Shown: in pieces, positions 45,628 to 55,575 of the stretch | Numbering within the stretch: position 1 is the first letter of the stretch | How the letters are laid out: each line of letters starts with the position of its first letter | Assembly: GCA_041695225.1 (NCBI GenBank) | Contig: JBGFRI010000035.1 | Location: 32,001 to 96,000 of the forward strand | DNA length: 64,000 nucleotides | Direction of reading: 5' to 3' | DNA from: Deinococcota bacterium | Lineage (GTDB): Bacteria > Deinococcota > Deinococci > Deinococcales > Thermaceae | Position numbers and translations under genes: made by a program | Notes under the pieces: generated by a model | Database searches by the model: none | Told to the model about the DNA's origin: nothing | The model's input: only the letters and a program-made list of their open reading frames with translations

Positions 45628-45691
45628 AGTTGGGCGGGCTAATCTGGGCATTTTCCACACCCTCTTCATCTGCTGCCACTAGACTGATGCC

Positions 45692-46870
45692 ATGTTTATT
45701 ATTGCCCTGGTACTTTTTGCGAGTTTTGCACTGGCCCAAAACCAGCCCGCTTTTCGGGTAGAAGAGGTAGCCCGCAATCTGGGGGTGCCCTGGAGTATGC
45801 AGTTTGCCCCAGATGGCAGGCTGTTTTTTACCCAGCGTGACCTGAGCACCATCCAGGTTAGCGCCCTGGACTTGCGTACCGGCAGGGTAACCAGCTTTCC
45901 TGGCAGTTCTGCGGTGCGCGACGAGGGCGAGGGGGGTATTTTGGGCCTCGAGCTCGACCCCAACTTTGCCCAGAACAACCGCCTTTTCATCTGTTACTCG
46001 TACTGGAAGGACGGCGTTCAGGCCCCCAACAACCGGCGTAACCGGGTCTCGAGCTTCATCCTGGCCAACAACCGCCTGACCAACGAACGCATCCTGCTGG
46101 GCGATATGCTGGGCTGGGTCAACCACAACGGCTGCCGGGTGGTCTGGGGGCCCGATGGAAGGCTGTATATCTCGATGGGCGATGCTGGCAACGCCCCCGC
46201 CAACATTCCCGGCGAGCCGGGCTACGCGGCCAAGGCCCAGAGCCTGCGGCTTTTATCGGGGAAAATTTTCCGCATCAACCCCGATGGCAGCATCCCCTCC
46301 GACAACCCCTTCTATACCCGGACTACAGGAGCCGCCAGGGCTACCTGGGCGCTGGGGCTGCGCAACACCCAGGGGCTGGCCTTTCAGCCGGGAACCAATT
46401 TGCTCTGGGCCACCGAGCACGGCCCCAACACCCGCGATGAGCTAAACATTATCCGCCGGGGCAAAAACTATGGCTGGCCCCGCTGTAGTGGAACCCAGCC
46501 CTTTGGCACGGTGATGCATGTGCCCGCCGATAGTATTACCTTTAACTGCACCGGCGCCGATCTGCGCGAGACTTACCAGCCCGCCGTGCGGGAGTACGGA
46601 GGTGGCAACCTGCCTACCATCGCCCCCAGCAACCTGATGTTCTATACCGGCAACGCCTTTCCCCAGTGGGCAGGGAATTTGTTTTTTGTAACCCTTCGCA
46701 CCGGGCGGCTGTACCGGCTCGAGCTTAGCGGCGAGCAGGTTATCAGGGAAGAAATTCTGATCAACAATCAGCATGGCCGCCTGCGCGATATTGTGGTGGG
46801 GCCGGATGGCCTGATCTATATCTCCACCGACCACGGCCAGATTCTGCGCCTCAGGCCCGGCGCTCCCTGA
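45692..46870 (+). CDS. PQQ-dependent sugar dehydrogenase (Asd/YliI type), secreted paralog
   Basis: Same motifs as the upstream gene; ALA-Q signal peptidase site. Confidence 0.88.
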   Translation: MFIIALVLFASFALAQNQPAFRVEEVARNLGVPWSMQFAPDGRLFFTQRDLSTIQVSALDLRTGRVTSFPGSSAVRDEGEGGILGLELDPNFAQNNRLFICYSYWKDGVQAPNNRRNRVSSFILANNRLTNERILLGDMLGWVNHNGCRVVWGPDGRLYISMGDAGNAPANIPGEPGYAAKAQSLRLLSGKIFRINPDGSIPSDNPFYTRTTGAARATWALGLRNTQGLAFQPGTNLLWATEHGPNTRDELNIIRRGKNYGWPRCSGTQPFGTVMHVPADSITFNCTGADLRETYQPAVREYGGGNLPTIAPSNLMFYTGNAFPQWAGNLFFVTLRTGRLYRLELSGEQVIREEILINNQHGRLRDIVVGPDGLIYISTDHGQILRLRPGAP

Positions 46871-46905
46871 TAAAAGCGGTTCTGTGTGAACAGTATGCTA
46901 TAAGC

Positions 46906-48267
46906 ATGGCGCATACCAGGCAGGATATTCTGCAACAGCTCAAAGACCAGCAGGTGCGCTCTTTGCGCCTGCAGTTTAGCGACATTCTGGGCATTAACAA
47001 GGCCGTAGAGCTGCCGGTGGGCCAGGCCGAGAAGGCCCTGGACGGCGAGATCGTGTTTGATGGCTCGTCGCTGGAGGGCATTGGCCGCACCGAGGTCGAA
47101 GAGTCGGACATGCTCCTGAGGCCCGATTACAACAGCTTTGTGGTTTATCCGCGGGATCTGGAACCCACTACCAAAGTAAGCGTGGCCCGACTGATCTGTG
47201 ACATTGCCTACCTCGACGGCACGCCCTTTGAAGGCGACCCCCGGCGGGTGCTAAAGCGGCAGCTCGAGCGGGCCCAGAAAACAGGTTTTGACCAGTTCTT
47301 TGTGGGCGCCGAGGCGGAGTTTTTTTTGTTCAGCCGTGGTCCGGACGGCAGCCCCACCACTTACACCAACGACCGCGCAGGCTACTTTGATCTGGCCCCT
47401 ACCGACAAAGGTGAAGAAGCCAGGCGCAATATGGTAGACACCCTGGGCGCAATGGGGCTAGAGATCGAAGCCGCCCACCACGAAGGGGCCCCCGGTCAGC
47501 ACGAGATAGATTTCAAACACGCTAGCGCCCTGAAAGTCGCCGATGACCTGACCACTTTCAAGTTTGTGGCCAAGCGGGTAGCAATTAACCACGGATTACA
47601 CGCGACCTTCATGCCCAAGCCCATCGCCGGAATCAATGGTTCGGGTCTGCACTTTCACCTATCGCTCTTTAAGAACGGTCAGAATGCGTTTTTTGAGCCC
47701 AGGGGCAGGCTCGAGGCCTGGCCCCACCAGCTCTCCAAAACTGCCTTGCAGTTTATTGCTGGCCTTTTCGAGCACGCCGAGGGCATGGCCGCCATTACCA
47801 ACCCGCTGGTGAACTCCTACAAACGCCTGACCCCCGGCTTCGAAGCCCCCACCAGCGTGGCCTGGTCGGTCTCGCACCGCAGCGCCATGATCCGCGTGCC
47901 CAGGCGGCGTGGCGTGGGCACGCGGGCCGAGTTTCGCTTTCCCGACCCCTCCTGCAACCCCTATCTGGCCCTGGCGGTTATTCTGGCTGCGGGGCTTGAG
48001 GGTATCGAGAGCAGCCTGACCCCGCCGCCGCCCATCGAGCGCGACGTATACGAACTATCGGTGCGAGACCGGCGCAAGTACCGGGTCACCGAGATGCCCG
48101 GAACCCTGCGCGAAGCCCTGGAAGCCCTGCAAAAAGACCGGGTGGTTCGCCAGGCCTTAGGAGAGCAGGTCTACCAGGACTTTCTCAACGCCAAACAGCT
48201 CGAGTGGAACTCCTACCGCACCGCGGTGCACCAGTGGGAGTTACAGCAGTATCTGGCCGAGTACTAA
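46906..48267 (+). CDS. glnA: Glutamine synthetase type I
   Basis: FDGSS, HHE..PGQHEI, FMPKP..G.NGSG.H.H, NSYKRL.PG.EAP and E.R.PD...NPY motifs. Confidence 0.93.
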   Translation: MAHTRQDILQQLKDQQVRSLRLQFSDILGINKAVELPVGQAEKALDGEIVFDGSSLEGIGRTEVEESDMLLRPDYNSFVVYPRDLEPTTKVSVARLICDIAYLDGTPFEGDPRRVLKRQLERAQKTGFDQFFVGAEAEFFLFSRGPDGSPTTYTNDRAGYFDLAPTDKGEEARRNMVDTLGAMGLEIEAAHHEGAPGQHEIDFKHASALKVADDLTTFKFVAKRVAINHGLHATFMPKPIAGINGSGLHFHLSLFKNGQNAFFEPRGRLEAWPHQLSKTALQFIAGLFEHAEGMAAITNPLVNSYKRLTPGFEAPTSVAWSVSHRSAMIRVPRRRGVGTRAEFRFPDPSCNPYLALAVILAAGLEGIESSLTPPPPIERDVYELSVRDRRKYRVTEMPGTLREALEALQKDRVVRQALGEQVYQDFLNAKQLEWNSYRTAVHQWELQQYLAEY

Positions 48268-48268
48268 C

Positions 48269-48432
48269 TATAGTGGACCCCATAAGCTAGACAGAACACC
48301 GCAGGCTCTAAGCGACCATAGAAGACGCTGTCCCGAGCCTGCGTCAGGATGAGAAAACACCACTCAGCCAGTTTCAAAGCACAGGTTGTCCTGGAGCTAC
48401 TCAGGGAAGAAAAGACAGATTCGGAGCTGGAA
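48269..48432 (+). mobile_element. IS3-family remnant (left end plus truncated orfA)
   Basis: IRL-like TATAGTGGACCCCATAAGCTAGACA; ATG 48349 reads MRKHHSASFKAQVVLELLREEKT.SEL. No orfB or IRR seen. Confidence 0.75.
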
Positions 48433-48794
48433 TCAGGATCGAGACCGTGGGCAATGTGCTTGTCAGTACACTGGTTCTTGAATACACACCCCGCTCGCTT
48501 CCTGCAAGCCCAGCAGGGGTGATCACCCAGTTTAACCTTGTAGGGGGTGGCTCAGTCCCTGGTGCAGGAGAAGCAGCCCAACTACACAAATCGCAGAGTG
48601 TCCGGTGATAACTGGAATCCTGGAGATTGCTCCTCCTCCCACTCGGGGAAGCATTGTACTGGAAAGCTATGCCGTTATCGGCTTTAACGGCAATGGGCGT
48701 ACAGTTGCACTCAATCCCCCGATGCCTCTCTACTAAACTATCTACACCCTCTCACCGGCCCGGGCTGTTCCCAGTCTGGGTTATACTTTGCGCA

Positions 48795-49754
48795 ATGAGC
48801 GCGAAGGGCTTAGCCGACAGGTTAGATCTGCTGCTAGCGAATTTCGAAGACCGGTTGCGGGATGTGGTGCAGTCTGAGGTGGAGTTTATCCGCCTCATTG
48901 AGGAAGACCTGGTAACCGCGGGGGGCAAGCGCATTCGACCACGGCTGGTATTCCTGGCCAGCAATGCCTTAGGAGGGGTTCCGGGTGCAATGGAGCTGGC
49001 CCTGTCGGTCGAGTTGCTGCACTCGGCTTCGCTACTGCACGACGACCTGGTAGACGATGCCGAGACCCGGCGGGGCAAGGAAGCCGCTTTTCGTAAGTAT
49101 GGCAACGCGGTCTCGGTGCTTTCGGGCGACTACCTGCTTTCCCGGCTGATGGCCCTGCTAGCCCAGACCGGGCGGATGGAGCTGGTAGCAATGTTCGCCG
49201 AAACAGCCCGGCAACTTTCCGAGGCCGAGGTCTTGCAGTTTCAGGTCGCGGCGCTACACGATTACTCGCTGGCAAACTACGAACGTATCATAGATGGCAA
49301 GACCGCCTCGGTCATGCGGGTAGCCTGCGAAGGGGCCGCGGTACTGGGCAGTGTGCCCGCTGCTGTGCGCGAGGCCCTGGCCCGCTTTGGTTCTCTGTAT
49401 GGCCAGGCTTTCCAGATGCGCGACGACTACCTGGATCTGATGGGCACGGCAGAAGTGTTGGGCAAGCCTGCGGGGGGCGACGTGCGCGAGGGTAAAGTTA
49501 CCCTTATTACCCTGCGTTTGCTCGAGGCCTACCCCGACGAAGTAGAGGCTATCTTTAAGCGCAAGGCCAGCGCGCCTGGCGATACCGCCCGCTTGCAGGA
49601 ACTGGCAGTGCTCTCTGGCGCCGACCTCGAGGTCACCGAGGCCATTGGCGCACGGGTGGAGCGGGCCATCAGAGCCCTGCGGGTTCTACCCCATTCAATC
49701 TACCGCGACGAACTGGAGGCCCTGGCCAGGCGCGAGCTGGTGCGGGTAAGGTGA
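48795..49754 (+). CDS. Polyprenyl diphosphate synthase
   Basis: GGKRIRP, LLHDDLVD...RRG, GKTA and FQMRDDYLD motifs. Confidence 0.93.
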   Translation: MSAKGLADRLDLLLANFEDRLRDVVQSEVEFIRLIEEDLVTAGGKRIRPRLVFLASNALGGVPGAMELALSVELLHSASLLHDDLVDDAETRRGKEAAFRKYGNAVSVLSGDYLLSRLMALLAQTGRMELVAMFAETARQLSEAEVLQFQVAALHDYSLANYERIIDGKTASVMRVACEGAAVLGSVPAAVREALARFGSLYGQAFQMRDDYLDLMGTAEVLGKPAGGDVREGKVTLITLRLLEAYPDEVEAIFKRKASAPGDTARLQELAVLSGADLEVTEAIGARVERAIRALRVLPHSIYRDELEALARRELVRVR

Positions 49755-50102
49755 TACCGGTTAACCTAACTTCCTAACTTCCCTGGTCCTGCTCCGCGTT
49801 GCCGCCGCTAGTGGCTGGGCCATAATCCTGCAACTGCGGCCTAGGTTAGCATTCAGAAATTACCAGGACGCCCACTCTAAATAGGAGCCGATAGCCGATA
49901 GCTGATAGCAACAGCCGCTCTAACCAGGGGAGAGGAGATTTCTAAAACGCCATCTGAGAAAATGACACCCTGCCAGCTTGCATGCAGAAGTAAGTTAGTG
50001 ACCGTGTTCATGGTCCCTGCGGCGTCGCCGGATGAGGGGCTTTGACTGCCCGCACAAAGTTGATGTATTACCCATTCTGCGCCAGCAGCTGGTGCTTATG
50101 TT

Positions 50103-50684
50103 CTACAAACGTACCCAGTCTTCCCTGGTGATCTCCATCGGCACAAACTCGGCCCTGGGCAAAAGGCTGAAGTAGAAACGGGGCGCGCCGGAAGGAGCGC
50201 CCTCAACCCGACGGAAGCCGGCTTTTGCAAAGGCCCGCTGAGCACGAAGGTTGTGTTTGTAAGTACGCAGCCTGACCTTTTCTAGCCGCAGGGTGCTGAA
50301 AGCATATTCCAGCACAGCCTTTACAGCATCTGTGCCGTAGCCCTGCCCCCAGCGGTTCTTGGCCCCAATCAGGATGCCCAGGGTAGCTTCGCTGCGGGTT
50401 ATTTCATAAAGCTCCACAGTGCCCAACCACTCGCCTTTTTCGTCCATAATCCCAAACCCCATCCGGTCGCCGCGGCTGATCTCACCCATTACCACCCGCT
50501 TGAAGAGCCACAATGGCATCTTGAGCGGGCGGCTACCATTCCACTCGGCAATTTCAGGATCACGGAAACAGTCGTAAAACCGTCGCCATTCGGCCTCTGC
50601 GATAGGCTCAGTAAAGGGTTTCAGGCTTACTTTTCCGCGGCGCGGCCAGGTGTTGCTGAGCGTCACCCTTTTAGCATACGCCAA
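50103..50684 (-). CDS. GNAT N-acetyltransferase (RimJ/RimL type)
   Basis: WGQGYGTDA and N.RA.RAF.KAGF motifs. Confidence 0.85.
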   Translation of the reverse strand: MAYAKRVTLSNTWPRRGKVSLKPFTEPIAEAEWRRFYDCFRDPEIAEWNGSRPLKMPLWLFKRVVMGEISRGDRMGFGIMDEKGEWLGTVELYEITRSEATLGILIGAKNRWGQGYGTDAVKAVLEYAFSTLRLEKVRLRTYKHNLRAQRAFAKAGFRRVEGAPSGAPRFYFSLLPRAEFVPMEITREDWVRL

Positions 50685-50860
50685 CCCCGAAAAGTGTATG
50701 GTTAGGAGTACCTGTTGCCAGGTTTATCGCGATTCGGGCCTTAGCCAGCGCCATACCGAGTTCAGAAATATAACCAGCCCGCAGTATCGCTTTACCGATG
50801 CTGCTCCCAGCGCAAGGCGCAACTGTTTGTGCCTACAACCACAAGACTGTGGGAAGGCTT

Positions 50861-52138
50861 CTACGGATACAGTCCCAGCAAGGACCGTGCCTCCAGAACC
50901 CGCGTAGCGGCCACGATGTAGGCTGCGGTACGCAGGGAAACTTTTTTGTCGTGGGCCACCTGCCAGACCGCTTCAATGGACTGGCGCATCAGGCGCTCGA
51001 GCCTGGCATTAATTTCCTCTTCGCTCCAGAAAAAGCTATTGAAGTCCTGCACCCATTCGAAGTAACTTACCGTTACCCCGCCCGCATTGGCAATCACATC
51101 GGGAATGACCAGCACCCCTCGCTCGGCCAGAATGTCGTCGGCGGCAGGTGTGGTGGGGCCGTTGGCCCCCTCGGCGATAATTTTGCACTGTAACTTCCAG
51201 GCGTTGGCTTCGGTGATCTGCTTTTCCAGCGCAGCCGGAACCAGAAACTCGCACGGGGTGGTCAGCACCTCGGCAGCCGGGATGGGCTCGGCCCTGGCAT
51301 AGCCTTTCACCCCGCCCATCTGTTTCACATAAATGTTCAGATCGTAGGGGTCTATCCCAGCATCATTGCGAATACCCCCGGTTACGTCGGAGATGGCGAT
51401 AACCTTAGCCCCGTGATCGTGGAAGATGCGGGCTGCAGCATTACCCACGTTGCCAAAACCCTGTATGGCTACCCGGCTACCTGCAATGGGCAGACCAATT
51501 TTTGCGGCCGCAACCGCCGAGGTCACGAATACCCCTCGGCCGGTAGCATCCTGCCGCCCCAGTGAACCGCCCACCGCAATGGGTTTGCCGGTGACAACCC
51601 CCGGCGCCGTGCGCCCCACGTTCATGGAGAAGGTATCCATCATCCAGGCCATTTCACGAGCACCAGTTCCCATATCTGGGGCGGGAATGTCTTTATCCGG
51701 GCCAATGATGATACCAATTTCGGAGGTATAGCGGCGGGTCAGGCGTTCGATTTCGCCGGGGCTGAGCTTGCGGGGGTCTACCCGGATACCCCCCTTGCCG
51801 CCCCCATAGGGCAGGCCCACCGCTGCGTTTTTGATGGTCATCCAGGCCGCCAGCGCCATGACCTCCGACAGGGTCACATCCTGGTGGTAGCGAACACCTC
51901 CCTTGGCAGGGCCACGAAAAGTGTTGTGGTGAATCCGATAACCCTCGAAGTGAGCCACCGAGCCATCGTCCATCTGGATGGGCACATCTACAATCAGGAT
52001 ACGTTTGGGTCGCTTGAGGTCCTCGACCCAGAAGGCCAGTCTGCCCAGATAGGGGGTGACCCGGTCTACCTGGGCCAGATAGATCTCCCAGGGGCCGATA
52101 TTTTCGCTAGAAAGGTAAGAAAGGGTTTCAGATTTCAT
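50861..52138 (-). CDS. gdhB: Glutamate dehydrogenase, catalytic subunit
   Basis: GPAKGG, GGGKGG, DIPAPD, QGFGNVG and ANAGGV.VSYFEW motifs. Confidence 0.93.
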   Translation of the reverse strand: MKSETLSYLSSENIGPWEIYLAQVDRVTPYLGRLAFWVEDLKRPKRILIVDVPIQMDDGSVAHFEGYRIHHNTFRGPAKGGVRYHQDVTLSEVMALAAWMTIKNAAVGLPYGGGKGGIRVDPRKLSPGEIERLTRRYTSEIGIIIGPDKDIPAPDMGTGAREMAWMMDTFSMNVGRTAPGVVTGKPIAVGGSLGRQDATGRGVFVTSAVAAAKIGLPIAGSRVAIQGFGNVGNAAARIFHDHGAKVIAISDVTGGIRNDAGIDPYDLNIYVKQMGGVKGYARAEPIPAAEVLTTPCEFLVPAALEKQITEANAWKLQCKIIAEGANGPTTPAADDILAERGVLVIPDVIANAGGVTVSYFEWVQDFNSFFWSEEEINARLERLMRQSIEAVWQVAHDKKVSLRTAAYIVAATRVLEARSLLGLYP

Positions 52139-52286
52139 GGGTTCCTCCAGAAAGCGGATAGCTGATAGCCAGAATTTGCCGGAGCAACCTGGGTTCGGCA
52201 GGACAGGATACAGCGCTCTGTATCAGCAATCCTCGGTGTGAGGTCATTGGCTATGGGCAGCGGGCTATCCGCTACCGAGCTGCTCT

Positions 52287-53561
52287 TCACGGATACACTC
52301 CCCGTAAGCGGCTAGCCTCGTTGATACGCTCAACCGCCAGCGCATAGGCGCCAGTGCGTAGATCGCCCTTCAGAGGTCTGGCCCGCTCAAGTACCGCCTG
52401 CAAGGTCTGGTGGATAAAGTCGCGTAACTTCTGCTGCACCTCACCCTCTTCAAAGAAGAGCATCGAGAGGTCTTGCACCCACTCCAGGTACGAGAGGACC
52501 AGCCCCCCACCGCTGGCCAGGATGTCCGGCACAACCTGGACACCCTGGAGCTTGAGAAAATACTCGGCCTCGGGGGTGATGGCGCCGTTGGCCCCTTCCA
52601 GCACCACCTTAGCGGCGATCTGCTGGGCGTTGTGCTCGTTGATTACGCCTTCCACTGCTGCTGGAACCAGATAGTCTACCTTTAGGGTCAGCAGCTCGTG
52701 ATTGGTGAGGTGCCTGCCGCCAGGAAAACCAACTAGCTGCCCATGCTCGGCATAGTGCTGCTCGAGGGCAGCAACGTCCAGCCCTTCGGGATTATGTGCG
52801 CCGCCCTGGCTGGTCGAGACTGCCACCACCTTCAGGCCTTCCCTGGTTGCGTATCGGGCCACCGCACTGCCCACCTGCCCAAAGCCCTGAATGGCAACGC
52901 TGGCCCCCTCTAGCGGCCAGCCATTGACCCGGGCCAGGTCGGATAGCATGTAAACCAGCCCCTGCCCACCGCCTTCGTCCTTGACCGCTACTCCTCCAAG
53001 CTGGGTGGGTTTGCCGGTTACGGCGCTCAGGGTAGTCTGGCCACGGGTCATGGCAAAGGTATCCTGGAACCAGGCCATAACGGTCTGGTTGGTGCCTACA
53101 TCGGGGGCCAGTACATCTTCGTCTGGCCCGATCAGCTCGATGAGTTCGGTCACGTAGCGGCGCGAGACCCGCTCGAGCTCGCGCCGCGAGAGCTTGTCCG
53201 GGTCTACCACCACCCCTCCCGCCGACCCCCCAAAGGGCAGGCCAAACACCGCCGATTTCAGGGTCATCCAGGCGGCCATACCGCAGGTCTGGCCGAACCC
53301 TACCTGGGGGTGATAGCGCACCCCACCCAGGGCCGGGCCACGGGCCATATTGTGAATCACCCGGTAAGCGGTGAAATTGTGCACACGGCCATCATCCATG
53401 ACTACCGGCAGCGAGACCACCACCGTGCGTTTGGGGTGGGTCAGGTACTGGATGGTGGCAGGGTGAATTCTGGCTACCTTGATGGTGGCCTCGAGGCGGC
53501 GTAAAAAGCTCCCCCACAAGGATGCGTCCCCTGGGGGAGTATAGGCGTTTCTGAGTGGCAT
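52287..53561 (-). CDS. gdhA: Glutamate dehydrogenase, regulatory (catalytically degenerate) subunit
   Basis: GDH fold with GPALGG and GGSAGG (lysines lost); matches the Thermus gdhA-gdhB arrangement. Confidence 0.85.
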   Translation of the reverse strand: MPLRNAYTPPGDASLWGSFLRRLEATIKVARIHPATIQYLTHPKRTVVVSLPVVMDDGRVHNFTAYRVIHNMARGPALGGVRYHPQVGFGQTCGMAAWMTLKSAVFGLPFGGSAGGVVVDPDKLSRRELERVSRRYVTELIELIGPDEDVLAPDVGTNQTVMAWFQDTFAMTRGQTTLSAVTGKPTQLGGVAVKDEGGGQGLVYMLSDLARVNGWPLEGASVAIQGFGQVGSAVARYATREGLKVVAVSTSQGGAHNPEGLDVAALEQHYAEHGQLVGFPGGRHLTNHELLTLKVDYLVPAAVEGVINEHNAQQIAAKVVLEGANGAITPEAEYFLKLQGVQVVPDILASGGGLVLSYLEWVQDLSMLFFEEGEVQQKLRDFIHQTLQAVLERARPLKGDLRTGAYALAVERINEASRLRGVYP

Positions 53562-53687
53562 TATGAAACCTCCTCTTCACAAGTCTCGGGGCCATTCTGC
53601 CAGAAGCTGGCATGGGCGTTTGCCCCTAATTTCGTCGTCCATGAGTATACCCGGATGCTGGAGGTAACTAGGCTCCTTACCAAACTC

Positions 53688-53902
53688 GCCGATAGCCGAT
53701 AGCTGATAGCCAGTCGAAGGCTGAAAGCTAAAAGCCTAAAGCCGAAAGCTAAAAGCCTTAGGCCCTCAGCCTTCAGCCTTCGACCTGCGACTTGCGACCT
53801 GAGACCAACTTCTGACCTGCGACTTGCGACCTGCGACTGATTTTTGACCCTCGACCCTCGACCCTCGACCAACTTCTGACCTGCGATCCGAGACCTGCGA
53901 CA
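53688..53902. repeat. Modular heptamer tandem-repeat element
   Basis: GCCGATA, GCTAAAA, GCCTTCA, GCGACCT and TCGACCC blocks, ending GACCTGCGACA. Confidence 0.9.
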
Positions 53903-53962
53903 GCCTACTCAGTCTTATTGCCGACCCTCTGCCAGACCAGTTAGGCTGTAGCCGGTGATGGA

Positions 53963-54334
53963 ATGAGCGAAGCCCGCACACTTGAACTGGTCTTTCCCGA
54001 GCATGTCAACCCTGGCGGCAACGCCTTTGGTGGCTTCGTCATGGGCCTGATGGATAAGGTCGGCTCGTATGCCGCTATCCGGCGCGCGCGCAAATCTTGT
54101 GTGACGGTGCGGGTGAGCGAGGTGGTGTTTGAAGTGCCCATCAAGATGGGAGACCTGCTGGAAGTGGTGGCCAGAGTAGTGCGGGTGGGCCGTACCTCGC
54201 TTACGGTCGAGGTGGAGGTCTACCGCGAAAACCTGCGCGAGTCCAAGGTGCTGGCCACCAAAGGCAACCTGATCTATGTGGCCGTGGACGAACAGGGCCG
54301 GCCCACGCCGGTGGATGGGGGGTCAGAGCGGTAG
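53963..54334 (+). CDS. Acyl-CoA thioesterase (hotdog fold, YciA type)
   Basis: VFP.H.N..G..FGG..M..MD, VGRTS and YVAVD..G.P motifs. Confidence 0.92.
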   Translation: MSEARTLELVFPEHVNPGGNAFGGFVMGLMDKVGSYAAIRRARKSCVTVRVSEVVFEVPIKMGDLLEVVARVVRVGRTSLTVEVEVYRENLRESKVLATKGNLIYVAVDEQGRPTPVDGGSER

Positions 54335-54985
54335 GGACTCGAGTTCCCCCAGGCTTTCCAGCGTCCAGTCGGGCTGGGGAGCATGGGTCTCAGGGGCCAG
54401 GCCCCATCGGTTGCACCAGGCTACCCTGAAACCAAAGGCCCTGGCCCCGGCCACATCCCAGCCACTAGACGAAACGAAAACAATCTCCTGGGGAACAGCA
54501 AAGAAAGCCCGGACGGCCAGGTCGTAGACTTTTGGGCTGGGTTTGTAGGCTTTGGTGGCCTCGGCGCTCAGAAGATGGGTGAAGTAGTTTAGCAAGCGGT
54601 TGTGTTGTACCACCTCGCCCAACATTTCCTCGCTGCCGTTGGAGAGAATTGCCAGCGGATAGCGGACCGACAAGCGCGACAAAACCGCCCGTACCTCCGG
54701 GTAGGTGGGTAGGGTCAGGTAACCTTGCATCAGCTGCTCCTGCTGCGCTGTATCGAGTGGCAGTAAGAGAGCAGAACAAGCATGATAGAGCCCCAGCCGG
54801 GTGATGGTCCAGAAGTCCTGATACTGGCCCATGAGCGACAGTAGCCAGGAGTACTCGAGCTGCTTCCTGCGCCACAACTCCGCAAGCGCCGCACCCTGGC
54901 CAGGAAGGATAATCTCACACTCGCGGCTCAAATACTGTAGATCAAACAAGGTTCCATACGCATCGAAGACCACTGCTCTGGGCAT
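54323..54985 (-). CDS. Haloacid dehalogenase type II
   Basis: FDAYGTLFD, WR.KQLEYSW, LSNG, YKP.P.VY and VSS..WD..GA motifs. Confidence 0.92.
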   Translation of the reverse strand: MPRAVVFDAYGTLFDLQYLSRECEIILPGQGAALAELWRRKQLEYSWLLSLMGQYQDFWTITRLGLYHACSALLLPLDTAQQEQLMQGYLTLPTYPEVRAVLSRLSVRYPLAILSNGSEEMLGEVVQHNRLLNYFTHLLSAEATKAYKPSPKVYDLAVRAFFAVPQEIVFVSSSGWDVAGARAFGFRVAWCNRWGLAPETHAPQPDWTLESLGELESLPL

Positions 54986-55002
54986 ACTTTAGGTTAGCAA
55001 AA

Positions 55003-55190
55003 GCCGATAGCTAATAGCCCATAGCTTATAGTCAATAGCCGATAGTCAATAGCCGATAGTCAATAGCCGATAGTCAATAGCCGATAGTCGATAGCCGATA
55101 GTCAATAGCCGATAGTCGATAGCCGATAGTCGATAGCCGATAGTCGATAGCCGATAGCCAATAGCTGATAGCTTTTGACCTGCGACCCGA
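55003..55190. repeat. Heptamer tandem array (TAGCCGA/TAGTCAA/TAGTCGA), about 24 units
   Basis: Strict 7-bp periodicity, followed by a GACCTGCGA block. Confidence 0.95.
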
Positions 55191-55575
55191 GATGTGAGGC
55201 ATTCTATTAAATGTTGGCAACCCAGATCAATGCTAGGTTTGGGTAGCCACGAGGGCACCTGCCCCGACAGCAGGAAGGTAGCCACCTTAGCCGTACGGGC
55301 TCAAGGTGATTTGATTCGTTAGCTCTGAGTCTGGTCGCGCGGGGGCCAAGGTTGGTCAGGGCACACCAGGCCTGCGAACCGAAGCGGCGTCAGACCATCT
55401 GGCTCCAGGTCGCAGGCGCACCCAGGACGCTGTCTGAGGCCCCGCAGCTTCTACTTTTCAAGCTTGCCAGGCCTCACCTCCCCCGAAAACTTGGGATGGC
55501 GTCTATCGGAACTCTGGCAGAAATTGCCATATCTAGCCCAGTAGCCAGCCTGCCCTGCTATCATGTCGGGGTTAT

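Noticed and set aside
50025..50062. Hammerhead ribozyme-like CGGATGAG-stem
   Set aside because: The core lacks CUGA and GAAA.
53561..53981. Low-complexity ORFs such as SQVAGRR / LSAIGYR / TCDLRL (also 55046, 61521, 61701)
   Set aside because: They are translations of heptamer repeats, with no evidence of coding function.
55003..55190. Possible CRISPR array (also 61752-61900)
   Set aside because: Continuous 7-bp periodicity with no unique spacers, and no cas genes.
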